NCBI RefSeq assembly: GCF_009914755.1
Contig: NC_060929.1
DNA from: the human T2T-CHM13v2.0 reference genome, Homo sapiens
Direction: 5' to 3' (one strand)
DNA length: 64,000 bases
In this document: positions 19,531 through 37,859 of the stretch, one piece after another
Layout of the letters: each line of letters opens with the position of its first letter
Position numbering within the stretch: the stretch's first letter is position 1
Translations under genes and position numbers: made by a program
The notes under the pieces: model-generated
Told to the model about the DNA's origin: nothing
The model's database searches: none
The model's input: only the letters and a program-made list of their open reading frames with translations

Positions 19531-20251
19531 AAATTGGCACAATCTCTTTAGAACACAGTTTTTTAAAAATTTATATATAAATTTAGTATGTGTATATATA
19601 TGTGTGTGTATACATACACACACACATACACTAAAACAAATCCCAGTAAAAATGAAGTTGATCCCAGCAATTCCACTTCGGAAAAATTTATCACAATGAA
19701 TGAATTTCAGCTATAGGCAAAAATGGACAGACCACAAGCAAAAGAAGTCAGACAATGACTCACACACACACAGATAGCTACTGTATTTTTCCACTTATAT
19801 AGAGGTTAAAAACGTGCAACGTTTGTCTAGGGGTTCATACTTAGTTTTTAAACTATAAAGAAAACAATGTAAGTAATGACCTCCAGAGTTTGGAGAGTAA
19901 TTTTCTAGGAGTAAGGTGGAGGGAAAAGTGTAACCAGAAAAGGGACGTAACAGGTGAACTGGCGCAATGACTATGTTCTCTGTTTTGACCAGATAGTGCT
20001 GACATGGATCTTTACTTTACAGTATGTATTTAAACAGTACATCACATTTGTTTTATGTACTTTTACATATCCATTACATTCCACAATTTAAAAGATTAAT
20101 GGGGTGGGTGAGGCAGAGAAGAAGGGAAAGAGAAAACAAACCAAATGACAAATATCTGGTAAACTGAACACAATACAAATGACAGGACAGCTGCTAAGAA
20201 ATGGGAGAACAGACATGCCAGGAGCTGTTTCTCATTAGTTACAACAGGCTA

Positions 20252-21212
20252 TTTATTTTTTATAATTTCAACTTTTAAATTCAGGGGGTACATGTGGTGC
20301 AAGTTACATGCATATATCTCATGATGCTGAGGTTTAGGGTACAACTGATGCTGTCACCCAGAGAGAGAGCATACAACCCAACTATTAAGTTTTTCAACTC
20401 TTGCCCCTCTCCCTCCTGCCTTGCTCTACTAGTCCTCAGTGTCTATTGTTGCCATCCTTATGTCCATGAGTATCCAATGTTTAGCTCCCACTTATAACTG
20501 AGAACATGCGGTATCTGATTTTCTGTTCCTGCATTAATTCACTCAGGATAACGGCCTCCAGCTGCCTTCGTGTTGCTGCAAAGGACTGGATTTCATTCTT
20601 TTTTATGGCTGAGTAGTATTCCATAGTACATACATACCACATTTTCTTTATCCAATCCACCACTGATGGGACCCTCCCTAGGTTGATTCCATGTCTTTGC
20701 TATTGTGAACAATGCTGCAATGAACATACAAGTGCATGTGTCTTTTTGGTAGCTTTGTTTTCTTTTGGATATATACTCAGTAATGTGATCGCTGAGTCAA
20801 ATGGTAGCTCTCTTTCAAAGTTCTCTGACAAATCTTCAAACTGCTTTCCACAGTGGCTAAACTACTTTACATTCCCATCAATGGTGTGTAAGTATTCCCT
20901 TTTCTCCACAGCCTCACCTGCATCTGTTATTTTTTGACTTTTTAATAATAGCCAATCTGATTGATGTGAGATGGTATCTCATTGTAGTTTTGATTTGTCT
21001 TTCTCTGATGACTAGTGATGATGAGCATTTTTTCATGTTTGTTGGCTGGTTGGATGTCTTCTTTTGAGAACTGTCTGTTCATATATTTTGCCCACTGTTT
21101 ATTGGGGTTGTTTTTTGCTTGTTAAATTGTTTAAATTCCTTATAGATTCTGTATATTAGACTTTTGTCAAATGTACAGTTTGTGAATATTTTCTGCCATT
21201 ATGTGGGTTGTC
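20252..21212 (-). mobile_element. Old L1PA/L1PB 3' end
   Basis: ORF2 C-terminus-like ORF 20481-20663 (DWIKKMWY, MEYYSAIKKNE) and a 3'UTR with T-tail. Confidence 0.85.
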
Positions 21213-22398
21213 CACCAGGCACAATTCTTCACTTCCTTAAGAGAGCCTTAACCCTAACTCTGTCAACGTATGTGAAACTATGTGTAACCGGCAACATAAA
21301 ACATCTTCATCCCAAATTCTTGACAGAAAATATAATTTTGGTTTTCTTCTGTCTAATCTTTAGTAAATGTCTGTGTGCTAGTAAATGATAAAGACCTACC
21401 TAGACATCCAGGCTAAACCAGAGACTCCTCCTTAAACCACAATGACTTGCATCACACTGAACTGTTTCTACTAAATTGTGCTTTCATACCATGCAAAGGA
21501 AACTGTAAAGGAACAGACCGACAAAGGATGAAAATAGGGAAAGGGGTCTCACGGAAACCAGTGAAAAAGAACATTTTAGAAAAGAAAAAGAACTACCACG
21601 GGAGTCACTAAAAAGTATCCACTAGAGAAGCAAAAGTCATTGGTGACCATAGCAAGGACAGTTCTAAGGAATAAAGAGTACAGAGGTCAGATTCTAGGGG
21701 ACTGAAGAGTGAATAGGAGCAGAGAAAACAGACAACTGGTAAGAAAAAAAGAGAAAGAAAATGAAACCTCAAGTAGAGTGAGAGTGACAGATATTCTGCT
21801 ATTTAAAAAATGACACATCTGAACATGTTTACATATATGCTGATGACAGAATCTGAGGTGGAGGAGAAATACAAGGCCTCTGAGGAAGTAGAGAACAGGA
21901 TATAGAGCACAAGTGAAAGCATTAGCTCAAAGAAAATAACTCTCACACTAGGATGGAAAGAAAGGAGATAAAGATGTACATGGGTGCAGAAAGATTTGTA
22001 GATATGAAGGTAAGGTGCGGAGGGAATCCATATCTAAGAGATCCATTTTCTTTGTCAAGCAGGTGAAGGCAAGTAAGGGAAAGGTGGTAAGATGTGGGGA
22101 TAGTAGAGAGTAAAAAAGAGAACAGCAGTTGTTGGGAAATAAAATAGTCATACACCATATAACGTTTTGGTCAACAACAAACTGTATATATGATGGTGGT
22201 CTCATAAGATTATAATGCAGTTCAAAAACTCCTATTGCCTAGTAACACTGTAGCTGTCATCACATGGTAGCACAAAGTATTACGCACATGTCTGTGGTGA
22301 TGCTCATGTAAACAAACCTACTGCACTGTCAGTCATATGAAGGTATTACGGATACAATTATGTAAAATACGCAATACTTGATAATAAAAGACTATGTT

Positions 22399-22719
<321 letters not shown>

Positions 22720-23380
22720 TTACTGGTTTATGAATTTACTATACTTTTATCATTATTTTAAAGTGTACCCCTACTTATAAAAAAATTAACTGTAAAACAG
22801 CCTTAAGCAGATCCTTCAGGAGGTATTCCAGAAAAAGGCATTATTAGCATAAGAGATGACAGTTCCATGTGTGTTATTACTCCTAAAGACCTTACAGTGG
22901 GACAAGATGTGGAGATGGAAGATAGTGGTACTGATAATCCTGACTCTATGTAGGCCTACGTTAATGGTGTGTTTGTGTCTCAGTTTTTAACAAAAAGGTT
23001 AAAAAAATTTAACTGAAAAAAGCTTAGAATAAGCACATAAAGAAAGAAAATATGTTTGTACAGCTGTACAATGTTTGTGTCCTAAACAAAGTGTTACTAC
23101 ACAACAGTTCAAAAGATTTTAAAATTAAAAAGTTAATAAGGAAAAAACTTACAATAAGCTAAGGTTAATTTTATTATTGAAGAAAAACATTTTTAATAAA
23201 TTTAATGTAGCCTAAGTATACAGTGCTTATTTATAAAACCTACAGTAGTGTACAACACTGTCCTAGGTTTTCACAGTCACTGACTACTCACTCACTGACT
23301 CACCCAGTAACTTCCAGTCTCGCAAAATCCATTCACAGTAAGTGAATGGATCGCCCTATATAAGTGTACCACTTTTTATC

Positions 23381-23679
23381 TTTTTTTTTTTTTTTTTTGA
23401 GATGCAGTCTCAGTCTATCGTCCAGGCTGAAGTGCAGTGGTGCGATTTTGGCTCACTGCAACCTCCGCTTCCGGGTTCAAGTGATTCTCCTGCCTCAGCC
23501 TCCCCAGTTGCTGGGTTTACAGGCGTGTGCCATCATGCCTGGCTAATTTTTATATTTTTAGTAGACATGTGGTTCCACCATGTTGGCCAGGTTTGTCTCA
23601 AACTCCTGACCTCAGGTGATCCGCCTGCCTCGGCCTCCCAAAGTGCTGGGATTACAGGTGTGAGCCACTGTGCCCGGCC
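23381..23679 (-). mobile_element. AluSx-like
   Basis: Full dimer; TSD actttttatctttt. Confidence 0.9.
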
Positions 23680-24600
23680 TACTTTTTATCTTTTATACCA
23701 TATTTTTGCTGTACCTTTTCTATGTTTGGATATGTTTAGATACACAAATACTTACCATTGTGTTACAACTCCCTACAGTGTTCAGCACAGCAATACGCTG
23801 TACAGGTTTGTACCCCAAGAGCAATAGGCTATTATCATACAGCCTAGGTGTGTAGTAGACTATACCATCTAGTGTGTGTAAGTACACTGTGTGATGTTTG
23901 CATAACAACAAAATTGCCTAACAATGCATTCCTCAGAACAGAGCCCCATCATTCACTGGTGCATGAGTGTATGTTGAATAGAAAACATAAGATTTCCAGG
24001 CAATGCTGTACATCTACATAACGTTGAAGACTATGAACTAGGACGATGTACTGGCTGCAAACTACAGTTAGGTGATTTTCTCCAGTAGGACCTCATGTGC
24101 TTGAATTTGGATCAGACTGTGCCAAGGTAAGGGTTTTGATAGGTATACGGAACAAAAGAAAAGGAAGGCTATGGAAATGGAGTATAAGACTGACAAGAAT
24201 ACAGCTGAATTGATCTAAGCTAGTTAGGGAACGTAGTGATGGGACAACAATAACAAAAGAAAATGGAGGCAGTACGGTCAAAGTGCTGAAAAAACGCAAA
24301 GAAGGAGAGTGGGAGGCAGAGAGGACAAGGAATAGGAGGCTATAATCACAGGGCAGGATCCTAGAGTTTAAGATATTAGAGGTAGAATAGCTCATTTAAT
24401 CATTAAATACAGATATGTACCTACTATGTGCCAAGCAGTGGTTAGGGCAAGATAAAAAAGAACCTCTCTGGAAGAAAGATACAACAGTAGCTAAGCAAAG
24501 AAATAAATTAACTTGATAACTTCAGGTAAGTCAATAGACTATGATAGAAGGTGGTAGTGAGAGAATGGTTTGGGTTGAGGGGAGGTATATTCTTCCCTTC

Positions 24601-24881
24601 TTTCTTTTTTTTTTTTTTTAGACAGAGTCTCTCTCTGTCTCTCAGGCTGGGGTGCAGTAGCATGATCTCGGCTCACTGCAACTTCTGCCTCCTGAGCTTG
24701 AGAGACTCTTGTGCCCCAGCCTCCCAATTAGCTGAGATTACAGGTATGTGCCACCACGCCCAGCTAGTTTTTGTACTTTTAGTAGAAATAGGGTTTTGCC
24801 ATGTTGGCCAGGCTGGTCTCAAACTCCTGGCCTCAAGTAATCTGCTGGGATTACAGGTAGCACGAGCTACCACACCTGGCC
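24601..24881 (-). mobile_element. Alu (J/S)
   Basis: Dimer with a small deletion in the left arm. Confidence 0.85.
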
Positions 24882-25939
24882 AATACATTCATTTTTTAAA
24901 AGGTGCCTAATATGGACAAAATTTTCTGGAGAAAATGAAAAGTTGGGCTTCACTGGATATGTGGTCTTCTAACAGACCTTATATAAGCAGTGATGCCATT
25001 TCATTTAGCCAAACTCCTTTGGTCTCCCAGACACCCAAAGAATAAAATCCAAGTTCCTTTGCTTAGATGTAAAGCTCTTCATGGGCTGGCCCAGATCTGC
25101 CTTTCCAGACTCTTTTCATGTTACCCATAATTATCATACTGAGCTTCTCAAAGGTGCCAAGATATATCAATTCCGTGCCTTTGTACAAGCCATGTCTTCT
25201 ACCTGAAATATTCTCACTCTCCTGGCAAACTCTTATTTATTCTTAAAGATCTAGCTCCAAATGTCACCTACTCTAAAAAGTTCTTATTCATTCCTCCAAG
25301 CAGAGTTAGCTACTGAGTTTTGGGATTACACTTTACCTTAGATTATAAATCTAATAGTATCTTCATCAGATTGTCTTGTAATTTATCTGTTCACATGCCT
25401 GTTTCTTCCACTAGAAAAAAAAAGCTCCCTGAGGGAAGATCTTATTCATCTTTGAATCCCCAGTCCCAAGCTTGGTAAATGAGTAAAACTACATATCCCT
25501 AAGTAAATGTAATATCATAGGCACTAAATATTTCAGGAGTGAATGGATTCCACAATCTGAAAAAAAAAAAAAGAAGAAGAAAAAACAAATGTGCTTTCTT
25601 TAAAAAGTTAAAAGGCATGTCCATGAACTCATGAATAAACAAAATGTGGTATGTCAATACAATGGAGTATTTGGCCATAAAAAGAATGCATACTACATGG
25701 GTGAACCTTGAAAACATTAGGTTAAGGAAAAAAAGCCAAACACAAAAAGGCTACGTATGATGATTCCATTTACATGACTTGTCCAGAATAGGCAAATCCA
25801 TAATGACTGCAATGTGTACGAGGTTTCTTTCTGGGGAGATGAAATGTTCTGGAATTAGACAGTGGTGATGGTCACCAAAAAACTTTGTAAATATACCACA
25901 AACAAAAACAGCAACAACCAAACCAACCTAAAACACTGA

Positions 25940-26330
<391 letters not shown>

Positions 26331-26344
26331 ATGAATTTGTATTC

Positions 26345-27725
<1,381 letters not shown>

Positions 27726-27805
27726 TTTAAAAGAGAAAGACTACTAAAAAAAGTAATACTATATTCATCAAGTTACATTACATTATGGACATCTCATTAA
27801 AACAG

Positions 27806-28100
<295 letters not shown>

Positions 28101-29022
28101 TAAAACAGACATATTAAACATTTACCACACTCACAGCATAATGCCAGGTACTGGGAATATTTCTCTTGTCACATTCTTTATGTATTCATTCACTGACTTA
28201 AAAGCGTTCATTCAGCATGAAAAGAAAAAGATAGCCATACCATGAAATGCTCAGTCTAACAGAAAAGACAGACAAATGATTTTATCAACGTGATACATGC
28301 TATGACTGAGGCAAACTTACAATCTAGATAAGAGGTGTGCATAAGCAGGTCAGGTAAGAGTTTACTGAAGAAAAATCATAAACGACATACAATAAATAAT
28401 AAATAACCTGCCCAAAATAACACAGCTAGCTAGTAAATGTGTCAAAGCTGGGTTTAGATTCCAGGCAGTCTTTCAGTCCATTATCTAAATCATTGTGTAT
28501 GGCCTTGGCCTATTGAGTAGGAAGTGATACTTCAAGTTTCAGCTTCAAGTGATGGGCAGGGGAGAAGGGCATTCTCTTCTCTGGAAGAAGAAAACAGCAT
28601 CTGCTGTAATTCTTAGTGACCCTAGCTCAGAAGTGTGCAATGAAGCAACAGGCACAGCTATGAAGGCAGGCTGGAGCATCAGATCAACAGACATAACCAG
28701 TTCAACACACACATACAGACTTCTTCATCCAGGCAATGAGTAAACAAAGGTTTTAAACAATAGCTGACAAGATCACTTGTGCATTTTAGAAAATCAGAAA
28801 CTTGAAGAACTGACAAGATAGAGAGAAGCCTGGAGAAAAGAATGTTATATACCCTGAACTAAGGAATAGCACTGAAAATAGAAAGGGATAGAGCTAGATC
28901 TTATTTAGAAGGCAGAGATAGGACCTGAAGACTATATGGGGAATAAAGGATGAGAATGGCTGACTCTCAGCTTTCAGATTTCATGAAAGGAGATACCATT
29001 AACCAAGATAAAGAATATCTCA

Positions 29023-29496
<474 letters not shown>

Positions 29497-29682
29497 TTAC
29501 TGACACACAATTGGTAGTGAAATCTTCAGGCAGAACATATTAATTGAAAATAGAAAAGAATGTGAAGAACTAATAAACTAGAATTTTAGGATACATCAAT
29601 ATTTTAAGAACAGAGAGAAGAAAAGCAGAGAAGCCAGGGAAGATCAGTAAAGACAGACTACTAGAGAGGAAAAGAAAACTCA

Positions 29683-30015
<333 letters not shown>

Positions 30016-32811
30016 TTAATGAAGATGAAAAGAAAGGAATCACGCACAATGCAAATGTTGCAGAAAGACCAAAATTTATGAAGAGTAAAAGTGTTCATGG
30101 AATTTAGCAATTTGGTGTCTTTGGTACTCTTGCTGGAACAGTTTCAGTGGAGGCAGTGGGGAAGGAATAACCATATAGCAATTGATTGAAGAGAAAGAGC
30201 TGAGAAAGACAGTATATAATATTCCATGTAAAAAAGGAACAGTGAGGAATAGTGTGACCATATAACCAACCATCTAAACTGAAGTTTTAAAACTAAAAAG
30301 GGATCCTAAACAGACAGAAATAAACTGAAATTATCTTGAATCACCAAGATGCATGGTCACTCAGGTAGAAGAAGTGAGGCTACAAGAGCCCTTTTTTTAA
30401 AAAAAGGAAAAACGTGTATGTGTATGAAATACACAGGTGTATAATATAAAGGAAAAAAGGCATCTATTTCCTTTCTAATATTTCCAAGTTGAGGGGAAGG
30501 AATCAGAAAAAGAATTTAAAGGTAATCAGAGAGAATTTTTGGATTAAGATCACAGAGAAGTTAAGACACAGTATCCCGGGCAAGGGTGCCCCTAATGAAC
30601 AGCAGAATACACTTAATGAGGTAGGGAAAATGACCCACAGGTGAAAATTACTGCAGGTAAGTATGCAAGCTGGAGAGATGAAATCGAGCATTTATAGCTG
30701 ATCATTCATGTTTTATAAAAAGCAGCGGTCAAGCATATTTACAAGCATATGTGAGGTGGGTGGCTTGAATTGGAGTACAGGATTTGAGATATAAAAGTCC
30801 AGCATAATCATCAAAGAAAATGGGGAAAGGAGCTAGCCCAAGAAAAGCAAAAGGACTATCAAACCATATTTGGGGGCCCAGCTGAGTGGAAAGCCTTAAA
30901 TCTGTGATAGGACTAATTTTCTGTACTACCACAGAAGATTCCAGGTGTGAAAGGGCCAAAAGTAGGCAATGGATTAAACAGTAGATTTTCTGAGCAGCCA
31001 CAATGAAAAGGAGCAAGGCTGTTAAGAGTGACAGTGAGAAAGAAAAGTCAGGACTGACTAGCTGAGGAAATGTGGCCAGAATGGAGCTGATAGGAGAAAA
31101 GGAAGTATAAAACAAACACATATAGTGGTCTCAACGAAGTTAAAGCACAAGTCTGAATAAGGATATGAGAGATCAAAGGATATGAAGTTGTGGTCAGAAT
31201 GGGAAGATCTCAGAAAGAGAGGAGAGTCAGTTAGCTAACAAGGCTCAAGGTACAGCCAAGAAGAACACATAAAGGTAGAGAATAAGAGAAGGAACTGGAA
31301 GGCCAAAATGTTAGATGTATGGGCTGCTTAAGATGACTGCACAAAGTGATCTGGAAAGAAGGACTATCAGCCAAGTGTCAGAGTTCTTGATGAACAGTGG
31401 GCAACCATCTGGTACATGTCAGCCATGGATGCCAATAACAAAATAGAGGAAAGTGTGGTACAATATCATAGGCCTCATAAAGAACAGGTTTTCATGAGAG
31501 GACAAGAATAGTTTCCAGGCAATAGTGACAGGGCCAAGTTACTAGGCCCAAAGTTGGGTAGTGTGTGGCAAAATAAACATTCCCTACTGGAAGGGCAAAA
31601 GGAAGAATTACGGCCTCTGAAGGCCAAAAAAAAAAAAAAAGGTGGACAAATTGGGAAGAAAGTGGGGACACAAGGAAGGAGTTCTAAATGATGCAAAGAA
31701 AAGGCAGCATAGGCATTATTAGACGGGGGAGGGAAGGATGGAGTAAAACATGAAAGCTCACTTCATAGAGGGGCTTATATTTTGGGTCATATCTGAATAA
31801 GATAGGAATGTCTAAAGCAGAGATGAAAATAACATAGCTTTATGTTTAAACACAAATCTTGGTGAAGCTGTTTTGGTCTAGATCAGACATCCCTAGAGTC
31901 ATAAACAAAAAATGAAAACAAAATGCTGGTCAAAATTATCTGGGAAGACATGTGTACTTCTGCAGAGTATGTCCCTGAAATGGTGAAGTGTTACTAATAA
32001 AGTTCTGATTCCCTTTACCTTATAATAGAAAGAAGTTGTGACATGGAAATCTATAGACACATGAAATTAACGAAATAAACTTATTACCTAAAAGTTGCCT
32101 GACAAATTAATTGCTTAGAATATGATATTAAACAACAAACAATCACAACAGAGTGGCTCTTTTAATAGGCAAATAAGTTTAAATGGTAATAGTCATTCTA
32201 AATTTATTCATTTCATCAAATGAAAGAAGTGAAGGAGAAGCAAAACTGACCTACCTAAAGTTGCTGTTCTGGATACAGCTGGCTGGTGCCTCTTCTTTTC
32301 ACCTGTAGCCCTACTCTGTCTTCACTGGTATTTGCTTATGCTCAGTACTCAAGTGTTTAGAATGATCTCTCATTTTACCAGAACCTAAGTCTTCTGATAC
32401 TGCCTTCCACTTCATCATGTTCCTTCTTTTTTATCAAAATTTAACTGAAGACAAATGTAAGCCAAATCACTAACAGTGTTAAGTATACCACCACCATTCA
32501 CACAAATTTATATGCTACAGAAAAACTTTTCTTAGTAATTACTATTAAGCAATTGTATTTAGCATATTTAAACGTTGGTAAGAAAACTATTCAGTGATGA
32601 ACCACAAGCTATTTTAAGACTTTACCCAGATGTTATTTATAGTGTGTCAGCTTATCTGCTCTGCATGTTTTTTTATCTGACACCTTCAAAGAATGCTAAT
32701 AGAAAATAAACATGCTGGAATAGACACTTTCCTTTACACACTGACGCTGCACCTCAGAAGACCATGTGAACTCCTGTAACACACATTACTGACAACTAAA
32801 ATAGGACTAAG

Positions 32812-34317
32812 CCATGCATTCTCAATGCGGGCAAGATCACTTCCAAGAGGGCAAACTGGTTCTTGGTGGGGAAGGGAAGAGAAAAATACTTAGATATTAA
32901 GTGGGATGTAGCCCTCAAAAGGGCCACAGTACATAGGCAAATACACAGCATATCTGTGGTGTTAAAATTTCATGGAGGGGGAATGGTGCTTAACAAAAAA
33001 GGGTGTTAATCCCTATTAAATAAAAGGTGCTGGGATAACTGGCTAGCCTTATCTGGATCCTTACTTTTTAACCGTATAAAAAAATTAACTCAAGATGGAG
33101 TAAAGATTTAAATGTAAGATCTCAAACTTTAAAAATCCTAGAAGAAAACCTAGAAAATACCCTTCTCGACATTGGCCTTGGCAAAGAATTTTTGGCTAAG
33201 TCCTGAAAAGCAACTGCAACAAAAACAAAAATTGACAAGTGGGACCTAATTAAACTAAACAGCTTCTGCACAGCAAAGGAAATTATAAACAGAGAAAACA
33301 GACAACCAACAGAATGGGAGAACATATTCACAAACTGTGCATCTGACAAAGGTCTAATATCCAGAATCTGTAAGAAACTTACACAAATCTACAAGCAAAA
33401 AACAACCCCATTAAAAAAATGGCCAAAGACATGCACTGACACTTCTCAAAAGATGACATCCAAGCAGCCAACAAACATGAAAAAATGCTCATCATCACTA
33501 ATCATCAGATAGAGACAAATCAAAACCACAATGAGATACCATCTCACACCAATCAGGCTGGCTTTTATTAAAAAGTCAAAAAACAACAGATGCTGGTGAG
33601 GCCGTGGAGAAAAAGGAACACTTATACATTGTTAGTGGGAAGGTAGTTTAGCCACTGTGGAAAGCAGTTTGGAGATTTCTCAAAGAATTTAAAACAGCTA
33701 CCATTTGATCCAGCAATTCATTACTGGGTATATATCCAAAGGAAAATAAATTGTTGTACAAAAGGATACATGTATTCATATGTTCATCACCATACTATTT
33801 ATGATAACAAAGACATGGAATAAACCTAGGGGCCCATCAATGGTGGACTGAATAAAGAAAATGTGGTACAGATACACCATGGAGTAATATGCAGCCATAA
33901 AAAAGAATGAAATCATGTCCTTTGCAGCAACATGGAGGCGGCTGGAAGCCATAATCCTAAGTGAATTAACACAGCAACAGAAAACCAAATACCACATGTT
34001 TTCATTTATAAGTGGGAGCTAAACATTGAGCATACACTGACATAAACATGGGAAAAATAGACACTGTGGACTACTAGAGGGAAGAGGGAAAAAGCATGGG
34101 TGGAAAACTACCTATTGAGTACTATGCTCACTACCTGGGTGATGGAATCCATACCCCAGACCTAAGCATCATATAATATGCCCATGTAACAAACCTACAT
34201 ATGTACACCCTGTATCTAAAATAAAAGTTGAAATTAAAAAAAAAGAAATCAGGGTGTTAATTTTTAAAAAGGCTCCTTGGGGGAATATAAGTGAAAAAAA
34301 AGTATTGAGAAATACTG
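32812..34317. mobile_element. hAT-Charlie MITE (MER112-like) split by an L1 insertion
   Basis: catgcattctcaat...aagggccacagtacat...aaaatttcatgg at 32812-33010 resumes at 34250 with aaaaaggctcctt...ttgagaaatactg. 8-bp TSD-like flanks gactaagc/ggctaaac. Confidence 0.6.
33011..34248 (+). mobile_element. Old L1PA/L1PB 3' end (5'-truncated)
   Basis: ORF2 3' region, 3'UTR and A-tail; TSD agggtgttaat. Confidence 0.88.
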
Positions 34318-34845
34318 GGCTAAACACTAGTTTGTATCTCAATACATTAAAAATTGTCACCTATAAGGAAAATACCGAAATAATTCACTTGTGTTTCTAA
34401 GTGATCAACTCTTTTCCTTATCAATCATTTTAAAATTGAATTTCATGAACCTGTAAATAAATACCAGTTAATCTCTTCTCTTTCTCTACCCTTATTTCCA
34501 TTTGACCATCCATATATTTTCACCTCTAGTTAGCATCAGAGGGTCTTACTATAGAGTATACTTATCAAACATGAAGATTTTTTTAGTTCATGAATTGGGT
34601 AATTATCTGTACAGTGCCTATTATGTGTCTTGAACTATGTTAGTTGTTCTTTCCTGAGCCTTATCCATCATTGTTATTTCTCACTGAAAACACGGAAGGT
34701 GATACAGATCATTCTGAGAAACCATTAACATCCTATGCTCCTACATGGAATAGAAAAAGAGGAGCCAAGTTTCAAAAGCTATGCATGTAGAATTAGGGAT
34801 TCACCACCACCACCAAGCAGTGAAAAACATTCTGAGTTTGATGAC

Positions 34846-34926
34846 AGGAGGGAAAGAGGGAAGAAGGGAAGGAGGGAAGGAAGGAAAGAGGGAGGGAGGG
34901 AGGGAGGGAAGGAGGGAGGGAGAGAA
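34846..34926. repeat. (GGAA/GGGA)n purine tract
   Basis: Seen directly. Confidence 0.9.
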
Positions 34927-35244
34927 GTATGCTAAATTACGCGGCAAGAGCCAAGCCAAAAACATTCCCAATAGAGCAACATGCCAATAACTGGCCACCA
35001 TCAGAAACCAAAAGCACCACAGCCAATTGAAGAAATATTTTCTGAACATTGGTAAAGTTTTCTGAGTTTTTAAAAACCTCTGAATAGATTTTACTTTAAA
35101 GAAATCTGCTAACTGACCAACTTTTAAATATGTCTTCTGACAGCAAAGTATATGGTCATATAATGCTCTATTACTTTACACAACATTTAATTTTTTGGTC
35201 CTACAAAGAAATAGCATTCATCATTCCCTCTGTAAAACATACTG

Positions 35245-37275
35245 ACCAGGAAGTCCTAGCTGGAGCAATTCAACAGGAGAAAGAAAAAGAGGGCATACAA
35301 ATTGGAAAGGAAGAAGTCAAATTAAGCTTGTCTGCAGAGACATCATCTTACGTTTGGAAAAACCTAAAGACTCTATGAAAAAACTATCAGAACTGGTAAA
35401 TTCAGTACAGTTGCAGGATAAAAAGTCAACATACAAAAATCAGTAGCATTTCTATATGCCACCAGTGACCAATCTGAAAAAAGGTTTTTTAAAGTAATCC
35501 CAATTACAGTAACTACAAATAAAACATCTAGGAACTTCACCAAAGAAGTGAAAGGTCTCTACAATAAAAATTATGAAACAGTGATGAAAGAAATTAATGA
35601 GGACATTAAAAAATGGAAACATACTCCATGTTCACAGATTGGAAGAATCAATATTGTTAAAATGTCCACACTACCCAAAGTAATCTGCAGATTCAATGCA
35701 ATCCCTTTCAAAATACCAATGACATTCTTGACAGGAATAGAAAAAAAAAAATCCTTAAATTCATACGGAACCACAAAAGATCCAGAATAGCCAAAGCTAA
35801 CCTAAGCAAAAAGAACACAACTAGAGGAATCACATTACCTGACTTTAAATTATACTACAGTGCTATAGTAACCAAATCAGCATGATACTGGTATAAAAAC
35901 AAACACACAGACCAATGGAAGAGAATACAGAACCCAGAAACAAATCCTACAGTGAATTCATTTTCCAACAAAGCTGCCAAGAACATACATTTGAGAAAGG
36001 ACAGTCTCTTAATATAAGGCCCTGAGAAAATTGGATATCCATATGCAGAAGAATAAAACCAGACCCCTATCTCTCACCATACACGAAAATTAAATCAAAA
36101 TGGATTAAAGACTTAAATCTAGGACCTCAAACTATGAAACTGCTAAAAGAAAACATTGGGAGAACTCTCCAGGATATTGAACTAGGCAAAGATATTCTGA
36201 GAAACACAGGTAATTAAAGTGAAAACAGACAAATGGAATCACAACAAGTTATAAAAAGTTTCTGCACAGTAAGGGAAACAATCAACAAAGTGAAGAGACA
36301 ACCCATAGAATGGGAGAAAATATTTGCAAACCACCCATCTGATGAGGGATTAACAACCAGAATGTATAAGGAGCTCGAACAACTATATAGGAAAAAAATC
36401 AAATAATCCAATTAAACATAGGCAAAAGACCTGAATAGACATTTCTCAAAAGAAGACATACAGATGGCAAACAGGTATATGAAAAGGTGCTCAATACCAC
36501 TGATCATCAGAGAAACGCAAATCAAAACTACCATGCAATATCATCTCACCCCAGTTAAAATGGCTTTTATCCAAAATACAAGCAATAATAAATGCTGGTG
36601 AGGATGTAGAGAAAAGGCAACCATCATATAGTGTTGGTAGGAATGTTAGTATGACCACTACGGAGAACAGTTTGGAGGTTCCTCAAAAAAACTAAAAACA
36701 GAATTACTGTATGATACAGCAATCCCACTGCTAAGCATATACCCAAAAGAAAGGAAATCAGTGGGAACCAACCTAAACGTCCATCAACAGATGGATAAAG
36801 AAAATGTGGTACTTATACACAATGGAGTATTATTCAGTCATAAAAAAGAATGATATCCTGTCATTTGCAACAACATGGAGGTCATTATGGTGAAATAAGC
36901 CAGGCACAGAAAGACAAACTTTCCATCTTCTCACTTAATTGTGGGAGCTAAAAATTAAAACAACTGAACTAGTGGAGATAGAGTAGAATGATGGTTACCA
37001 CAGGCTGAGAAGGGTAGTGGCAGGGGGAGTGAGGATGGTTAATGGGCACCAAAATATAGTTCAGTAGAATTAATAAGATCTAGTGTTTGATAGCACAACA
37101 GGGTGACTACAGTCAACAAGAATTTATTGTACATTTTAAAATAACTAAAAGTATAATTGGATTGTATGTAACACAAAGGGTAAATGCTTGAGGAGATAGA
37201 TACCCCATTTACCTTGATGTGATTATTACACACTGTATGCCTGTATTAAAATATCTCACATACTTTGCAAATGCA
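35245..37275 (+). mobile_element. L1MA-type 3' half, followed by (CA)n at 37279-37301
   Basis: ORF2-like ORFs (GKEEVKLSL; IGRINIVKM) and the L1MA 3'UTR motif ctagtgtttgatagcacaacagggtgactacagtcaac. Confidence 0.85.
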
Positions 37276-37340
37276 AATACACACACACACACACACACAC
37301 ACGACTACAATGGCCAGCAAAAGATTGGCAAATGAATGCA

Positions 37341-37696
37341 TATTATTGGTCCCTTCTCACATTGCTGTTAAAGGAATACCTGAGACTGTGTAATTAAAGA
37401 AAAGAGTTTTAAATGCCTTACAGTTCTGTAGGCTGTACAGGAAGCATGATACTGGCATCTGCTCAGCTTCTGGGGAAGCCTCAGGAAAACTTATATTTGT
37501 GGAGAAAGGTGAAGAAGGAGGCACCTCATGGCGGGAATAGGAGGAAGAAAGAAATGGGGGAGGTGCTACACAGTTTTAGGTCTCATGAGAACTCCACCCC
37601 CATGATCTAATCACCTCCCACCAAGCCCTACCTCCAACACTGAGGATTACAATTCAACATGAGATTTGGGCAGGGACACAGACCCAAACCATATCA
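37341..37696 (-). mobile_element. MST-type MaLR LTR
   Basis: Ends with ...gagatttgggcagggacacagacccaaaccatatca. Confidence 0.85.
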
Positions 37697-37859
37697 ATAT
37701 TTACATGTTTTAAGCTAAAAACAAAATGTTACAATATATAATTTTTAAATTCCTCACTTCAGTTGACTTTTCCATTAATATGCAAGCCTCAATTGAAACA
37801 ACTGCGAGCATATGGTCCTGTTATCAGTAATTCCTAACCATTTCTAGTAAGATACCTTT

